Under the pieces are notes generated by a model. The model searched no databases. It was not told the origin of the DNA and worked only from the letters and a program-made list of their open reading frames with translations. A stretch of DNA of 64,000 nucleotides from an uncultured Candidatus Saccharibacteria bacterium. Lineage in GTDB: Bacteria > Patescibacteriota > Doudnabacteria > UBA920. The position numbers were made by a program, and so were the translations under genes. The stretch spans positions 2,006-66,005 of the forward strand of contig CAZYQT010000005.1 in NCBI GenBank assembly GCA_964650255.1. Direction: 5' to 3'. Positions 58,746 through 64,000 of this stretch are shown in pieces. Every line of letters begins with the position of its first letter. Within the stretch, counting starts at the first letter, position 1.

Positions 58746-60179
58746 ATGTCGAGCCCTTCGAAAAACATTTTGTGGTTGTCAGTTTCAAGGATCATTTCCC
58801 TGATCCTTTTGTTTTTAGCTTATTTACTCCTAACTAGTTACTTAGGGCCCTATCGTTACGGTCAATTTCAGTTTGTGTTGTCGTATGTGACTTTGTTTGG
58901 CGTAGTAATTGATTTCGGCATTCAGCAGTACATTATCAAAAAAGTTAGCGAGGATCGAAGCCAAGCTAAAAAATATTTTCACAATTTTTTAGCAGTGGAA
59001 CTGTTGATGGTGGTCATTGTTTATGGCGCCATGGTCGCAGTTGCTAGGATTAATGGCTATGATCCGGTAGTTATCAAGGCTATAACAGTGGCCGGGTTGG
59101 GTGTGGCCATCCATGGTTTAACTTATCCGTTCCTGGCTATTATCACGGTGTTTTATGATTTAAAGAAAGCCGCGTTTCTAAACTTTCTCAGTTCAGCTAT
59201 TAACGTGGCCATGATCTTAATCACCATTAAAGTCGGTGGGGGGATCGTTATGCTAACCTTCCAACAACTTATTTATGCAACTTTGGCGGTGGTTATCTAT
59301 TACCACTTTGTTAAAAAACACATTGGTAAACCAGAAATTTTACACGGCCTACGCACCCTAGATAAAAAATTAATCAAGACGATTTTGATTGCTGCGTTAC
59401 CATTCGCTCTGTTGGTAGGGTTTAGTACCGTGTATAATCGGATCGATGTGGTTTTGATTAAGCAAATTTTAGGGTACACCCAGACGGGTTTGTACTCAGC
59501 TGCCTATAAGTTTTATGATTTACTAGCTTTTTTCCCAGCGGTGGTTTCACATACTTTGTACCCACTCTTTTCTTCACTCATGGCTGAGGGGAAGCTTGGA
59601 GAAATTCGTACCATCCTCGAAAGATATTTACGATTCATGGCGGCCTTGGCTTTACCGATTGGTATGGGCGGGATGTTGCTTTCAAAACAGATTATTGGGA
59701 TCCTTAGTCCTGAGTTCACTTCGGCAGCAACAGTTTTAGCTATCCTCGTCTGGGCGCCATCAATATTATTTATGTACATTGTGGTTAACTCTTTAGTTAT
59801 TTCTCAGCTTACTAAATGGGCAATGGTGATTACTGGTGTGAATGTTTTGGTGAACATAGTTGGTAATATAATTCTACTACCGAGAATTGGAATCGAAGGC
59901 GCCGCGATTATGACTTTAGTTTCAGAATTTTTGCAAGGAGTTTTCTATTTTTACTTTGTACGAAAAAAGATTACAGATTTTCATTTCTTCAGTTTAATCT
60001 GGCGACCAATTTGCGCAGCCGTCATGATGGGGGTAGTGGTATGGTTTATTCGCGATTGGCCTTTGGTGGGAGCAATCGTAATCGGAGTGGTAGTTTATGG
60101 TCTTTCTTTATTTGCTCTTCGCTTTTTCCATAAAGATGATGTTACGTTTATTAAGGCATTGGTGAGTCGTGGCGTTTAA
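58746..60179 (+). CDS. Wzx/MOP-family flippase
   Basis: About 13-14 TM helices, 'DFGI', 'RIDVVLI...GLYSAAYK'. Confidence 0.88.
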   Translation: MSSPSKNILWLSVSRIISLILLFLAYLLLTSYLGPYRYGQFQFVLSYVTLFGVVIDFGIQQYIIKKVSEDRSQAKKYFHNFLAVELLMVVIVYGAMVAVARINGYDPVVIKAITVAGLGVAIHGLTYPFLAIITVFYDLKKAAFLNFLSSAINVAMILITIKVGGGIVMLTFQQLIYATLAVVIYYHFVKKHIGKPEILHGLRTLDKKLIKTILIAALPFALLVGFSTVYNRIDVVLIKQILGYTQTGLYSAAYKFYDLLAFFPAVVSHTLYPLFSSLMAEGKLGEIRTILERYLRFMAALALPIGMGGMLLSKQIIGILSPEFTSAATVLAILVWAPSILFMYIVVNSLVISQLTKWAMVITGVNVLVNIVGNIILLPRIGIEGAAIMTLVSEFLQGVFYFYFVRKKITDFHFFSLIWRPICAAVMMGVVVWFIRDWPLVGAIVIGVVVYGLSLFALRFFHKDDVTFIKALVSRGV

Positions 60180-60615
60180 AAAAACAACCCGGGTCATGGT
60201 TTTCGGTACCTTTGATATGATTCACCCGGGCCACAAACATTTTTTTCAACAGGCTCGTGCTTTGGTAAAACCACCGGGCAAAGCTTATTTAATAGTATCT
60301 TTGGCCCGGGATAAAAACGTGCATCGTATAAAAAACAAGCTACCAATGGCGAACGAACAAAAACGACTAGCTCAAATTAAAGCTTTGCCAGAGGTAGATA
60401 AAGCTGTGCTTGGAGCTATTGGTGACCACATTCCGCCAATTGTTAGACTTCACCCAGATATTATTGCGCTTGGTTACGACCAAACCGCCTATGTAAAAGG
60501 CTTGCGTCGCGATCTAAAGGCTGCAGGGATTAACCCAAGAATCATTCGCTTGAAACCCCACAAGCCACATTTGTATAAAACATCGATAATTCAACCCAAG
60601 CTATCTTTGCGATAG
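60169..60615 (+). CDS. HxGH nucleotidyltransferase (archaeal FAD synthase RibL/TagD-like)
   Basis: 'FGTFDMIHPGH', 'ARD', 'PDIIALGYDQ', 'KTS'. Confidence 0.8.
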   Translation: MAFKKTTRVMVFGTFDMIHPGHKHFFQQARALVKPPGKAYLIVSLARDKNVHRIKNKLPMANEQKRLAQIKALPEVDKAVLGAIGDHIPPIVRLHPDIIALGYDQTAYVKGLRRDLKAAGINPRIIRLKPHKPHLYKTSIIQPKLSLR

Positions 60616-61500
60616 GTATAGGCTCATCAGAATAATTACCAGGTACAATCTCGTAGCCATGTAAATTTTTATTTGAACTTTGCGAATCGTTGATATTTGC
60701 TCCTGTTCTGATATTTTTGATTGTTCAAACATAGCTGCCGCAGTATACAAAGAGAAGAGTATGGTTAAAAATACATACCAATAATTTTGCTCAGAAATTT
60801 TTGATAGAGCTAGTAGTATTAACATTGCACCCACGCTAAGTGCCGCCCAGCTTAGGAGCAGTAAATTTTTTGTTTTTAATATTATCGCTAAGGAGCTGCG
60901 GCCGTGGGCGTGGTCTCCCAAGCGGTCTCGAATGTCCTTAAGAATTACTCGGCCGAAAGCAATCAGTAACAATCCGGAAACTACCGCTACATCTGTTGAC
61001 GTTATGCTAGTGCTTCCCAATCTGGCGTAAATCCCTAGATAGTAGGGAACTATGATTGAGCCAATTAGTATGGACACAATTGCTAAAAACGGATTTTTGG
61101 AAAACTCGAATTTTGGATATGAATAGCAAAACCCAATTGCTAACATCAGAAACGTCAGAGCTATGTATAAATATTCCTTGAATATAAACCACGGAACCAC
61201 CACTCCCAAAAGTACCGAAGCCAAGAAGAGGTAGACAGCTAGATATCGAGCGAATATTAGGGGTATTAACCCTTGCGTTAGTGGCTTATTCCGGTGGTTG
61301 GCTAGGTCGATATTATAATCGTAGATATCATTTATGGTGTGAATAAAGAAAACTGTTATAAGCAGAATTAAAATACCTAGGACCGGGCTACTGTGTGCAG
61401 TTGAGTTGTGTAGGAAGTATCCCAATAGCAAGACAATCAGTCCATCTACTGCTTCTCTTGCTCCAACTAGTTTCAAGAATGCATTAATTTGAGTGGTCAT
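60601..61500 (-). CDS. UbiA-family prenyltransferase (DGGGP synthase-like)
   Basis: 'NDIYDYNIDLANHRNKPL', 'YSYP', 'RVILKDIRDRLGD'; start set at MTTQINAF. Confidence 0.82.
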   Translation of the reverse strand: MTTQINAFLKLVGAREAVDGLIVLLLGYFLHNSTAHSSPVLGILILLITVFFIHTINDIYDYNIDLANHRNKPLTQGLIPLIFARYLAVYLFLASVLLGVVVPWFIFKEYLYIALTFLMLAIGFCYSYPKFEFSKNPFLAIVSILIGSIIVPYYLGIYARLGSTSITSTDVAVVSGLLLIAFGRVILKDIRDRLGDHAHGRSSLAIILKTKNLLLLSWAALSVGAMLILLALSKISEQNYWYVFLTILFSLYTAAAMFEQSKISEQEQISTIRKVQIKIYMATRLYLVIILMSLYLSQR

Positions 61501-61560
61501 TTTAAATTCACCAATTAGTAACATATTAACACAGCATGGTTTCCGTGATACAATTATGGC

Positions 61561-61791
61561 ATGTTTGAAGCAATAGTTAGGCTCCATTTAATGGAGCTGG
61601 GGATAGTCATTATACTTTTACCAGTTATAGCGTTACATGTTTTCCTGGCTGTACATGGAAAGGTTGCTGGGAAAAAGGGATTTACGTATTTGTCTGTATT
61701 TATGCTGCTGTTACTTATTGCCGCTTTAGGCTTCGGCGCATTTTGGGGAGTATTGATGATGATATTTATATTGTGGCCACCTTCTTATTAA
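61561..61791 (+). CDS. Small two-TM orphan protein
   Basis: Hydrophobic 76 aa ORF; TGATACAAT lies 6 nt before the ATG. Confidence 0.55.
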   Translation: MFEAIVRLHLMELGIVIILLPVIALHVFLAVHGKVAGKKGFTYLSVFMLLLLIAALGFGAFWGVLMMIFILWPPSY

Positions 61792-61807
61792 GAAAAGAAT
61801 AATTTTA

Positions 61808-62125
61808 ATGAACCAACCATCTTATTATCCTTTCAAGCTAGCGGTCAAAATTGCCTTTTTTGGTATATTAGTCCCTTTGCTTTGCATTAATGCATTACTG
61901 ATGGCAATGTACCAATTTGGAGTTGATGGCGAATTGGCTAACAATTTGTTATGGATTTTTGTGATAGTTATCCCAATTACTTATGGAGTAATTTTTTTCC
62001 AAACTGTTGATAAATTCGCTTCCCAAACAAAACAGATACCAGGCCAGTCGTCTAACCTGCCAACATCAAACCAGCCCATAAGTGAACTAGAGCCCAATTC
62101 AAACTTCACTGAATTCGATAAATAA
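61808..62125 (+). CDS. Small two-TM orphan protein
   Basis: Two TM helices and a polar tail; followed by a terminator. Confidence 0.6.
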   Translation: MNQPSYYPFKLAVKIAFFGILVPLLCINALLMAMYQFGVDGELANNLLWIFVIVIPITYGVIFFQTVDKFASQTKQIPGQSSNLPTSNQPISELEPNSNFTEFDK

Positions 62126-62149
62126 CCTGCTAACCTAGCAGGTTTTTTT
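62124..62149 (+). terminator. Intrinsic terminator
   Basis: AACCTGCTA-ACC-TAGCAGGTTTTTTT. Confidence 0.8.
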
Positions 62150-62151
62150 AA

Positions 62152-62177
62152 TGTTACTTTTCCCGTAAACAGGCGTA
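62152..62177 (+). promoter_or_regulatory. ECF-type autoregulatory promoter TGTTAC-N16-CGTA
   Basis: ECF-like -35/-10 upstream of the second ECF gene. Confidence 0.65.
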
Positions 62178-62233
62178 TATATAGCAGAAACCCAGTTTCT
62201 CGCACCCCCTTATATTCGTGATACAATTTAATT

Positions 62234-62800
62234 GTGGAAATTACAGAATCAAAAATTATAGCTGCCTGCAAAGCAGGTGAGATGGAATCGTTTGTGTATC
62301 TTTACGACCGCTACGTGGAAAAGATCTACAAATTTCTTTACTTCCGGACTTTTGACCAACAGTTGGCCGAAGACATTACCAGTCAGGTATTTTTAAAGGT
62401 GATGAATAAGATTAGTACCTTTAACGAATCCAAGGGAACTTTCCAAGCCTGGCTGTACCAGATAGCTCGCAACCTGCTTATAGATGAGTATCGCAAACAA
62501 AAACCCACAGATAATATTGATGCTCACTTCGATTTAGCAAGCGGTATTAATTTAGAAGCAGAAACTGGACAAACTCTCACTAACGAAGCGCTCCATAAAT
62601 TGCTCATGACTTTGCCAGCGGAAGCACAAGAATTAATTACCATGCGCTTGTGGCAAGAAATGCCTTACGCGGAAATCGCGGCCGTTACCGGAAAAACCGA
62701 AGGCAGTCTAAAGATGCAATTCTCGCGCATCATTCTCCAATTACAAAAACACTCCCACCTTTTGGTCTTGCCATTTATTTTGGCTCTAATCCTTAACTAA
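62234..62800 (+). CDS. ECF RNA polymerase sigma factor
   Basis: 'AEDITSQVFLK...WLYQIARNLLIDEYR', 'YAEIAAVTGKTEGSLK'. Confidence 0.93.
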   Translation: MEITESKIIAACKAGEMESFVYLYDRYVEKIYKFLYFRTFDQQLAEDITSQVFLKVMNKISTFNESKGTFQAWLYQIARNLLIDEYRKQKPTDNIDAHFDLASGINLEAETGQTLTNEALHKLLMTLPAEAQELITMRLWQEMPYAEIAAVTGKTEGSLKMQFSRIILQLQKHSHLLVLPFILALILN

Positions 62801-62805
62801 ATTTT

Positions 62806-64000
62806 ATGACAGAATTAAACAACGAACAGCTCACACAAATCTTGACTGAGTTAGGGTTGGATCCGAACGATTCACAAGCCCGAAAAACAGTCCAACGGCT
62901 CTTGCAGTCTCGCCCGAATATTCCAATGAACGAACAGTTCTTTAGGCAGCTGCGTGAGGATGTGCAGTATCAGGCCGCGCAAATGTCGCCGTCACATACA
63001 TCTAATAATTTATCAACTAATTTTACAGCCATGTTTATAAATAAAATTTTAGCTTCTGCGCTCGTAGTTATGATCGTAGTTGCTGCCGGTGGTTTTTGGT
63101 ACATCCAAAACCGGACCGACAAACCATTGTTTCAAAGCCCAGCGGCCAAAGAAGCCAATCAGCTTCTATCTGGAAAGTTTGATGTTGCCGAAGCCCCAGA
63201 GGAATCTTTTGGAGACCTGCATAAAGTCTCTATCGTAAACGCAACCGAGGCAGCAAAGTTAAACAGTAATAGTAAGCCTGCTGCAGAAAACGGAACTTCG
63301 ACCGAACCAGGCATGTCTGCTTCAATGGGCTCTAGCACTAACATGTCCCCGGATTCTAACGATAAGATGGCCATGCCTGCCCCTGCGCCAATAAACCCCG
63401 ACCCGGTTCCTGAAAGTTATAATTTTGTGTACGAAGGTAAGGATATTTCCTCAATGTTGGCCAAAAGCCAACCGGTTTTAAAGCGCAAACCACCTGTTCA
63501 AAAAGGCACGGGAATTGCTAGTCGAATCATCAGTTTGTTAAGTTTTGGTTTAATTGATTTGGATAAATTCCATGACTTGGCAATTCAGTACATTACTTTC
63601 TTAGAGGACCGTGACTATGGCTACATGCTTAATGTGGATTTAATGCAAGGTACTGTTAATTTAAATCAGAACTGGGAGAAGTGGCCACAGCCTGAGTACG
63701 TATGCAAAAGTCCAACGGATTATTGTGGCCCGTTACCTCGGATTACTTTAGAAAATTATCCGAAAGACGATGCGATTATTTCTGTTGCCGATGATTTCGT
63801 AAAAGAATACGGTATTTCTTTGGAAGCTTACAGTAAGCCACAGATTATTGATCAGCAGTGGCGCGTGTACTATAAGAATTTGCCAGAAACAGAAAAAGCA
63901 ACCTTCTATTTCCCAGAACAAGTTTCTGTTGTGTATCCTTTGATGCTTGACGGCAAGCAAGTTCTTGATGAGGGTGGAAACCCAAACGGTCTAACAGTTA
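62806..64000 (+). CDS. Putative anti-sigma factor, single TM (3' end runs off the window)
   Basis: Not in the ORF track; open frame from ATG 62806: MTELNNEQLTQIL...EQFFRQLRE...KILASALVVMIVVAAGGFWY, then an extracellular domain. Confidence 0.75.
   Translation, partial: MTELNNEQLTQILTELGLDPNDSQARKTVQRLLQSRPNIPMNEQFFRQLREDVQYQAAQMSPSHTSNNLSTNFTAMFINKILASALVVMIVVAAGGFWYIQNRTDKPLFQSPAAKEANQLLSGKFDVAEAPEESFGDLHKVSIVNATEAAKLNSNSKPAAENGTSTEPGMSASMGSSTNMSPDSNDKMAMPAPAPINPDPVPESYNFVYEGKDISSMLAKSQPVLKRKPPVQKGTGIASRIISLLSFGLIDLDKFHDLAIQYITFLEDRDYGYMLNVDLMQGTVNLNQNWEKWPQPEYVCKSPTDYCGPLPRITLENYPKDDAIISVADDFVKEYGISLEAYSKPQIIDQQWRVYYKNLPETEKATFYFPEQVSVVYPLMLDGKQVLDEGGNPNGLTV

Overview
A 64 kb, roughly 40% GC stretch of an ordinary-code bacterial chromosome (TGA is used as stop). 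Gene content and compaction point to a Patescibacteria/CPR genome, plausibly Doudnabacteria-like (inference). It holds three tRNAs (Arg-CCG, Ser-TGA, Ser-GCT), housekeeping genes (recG, comF, clpC with a CIRCE operator, recX, lemA-htpX, gatCAB, miaA, holB, frr, rseP, proS, mreBCD-mrdA, folD, greA, lysS, serS, murF, ftsQ-like, rplU) and a large cell-surface/glycosylation block. That block has two GT-C enzymes, several GT2s, WecA, rmlB/rmlD-like/rmlA, a flippase, a sortase, an S8 protease and a repeat-bearing putative wall hydrolase. There are also two ECF sigma/anti-sigma pairs. I saw no CRISPR array, integrase or transposase. The most notable signals are regulatory and RNA-level: (i) small orphan genes carrying their own promoters and strong Shine-Dalgarno sites, while most core genes have none and seven genes look leaderless; (ii) three unexplained structured RNA elements, including a ~200 nt multi-stem leader behind tandem promoters; (iii) ECF-type promoters predicting a small regulon; (iv) a plant/giant-virus-type bifunctional rhamnose epimerase-reductase that may replace RmlC; (v) CarS-like and DGGGP-synthase-like genes. 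All product calls come from motif recognition by eye; no searches were run.
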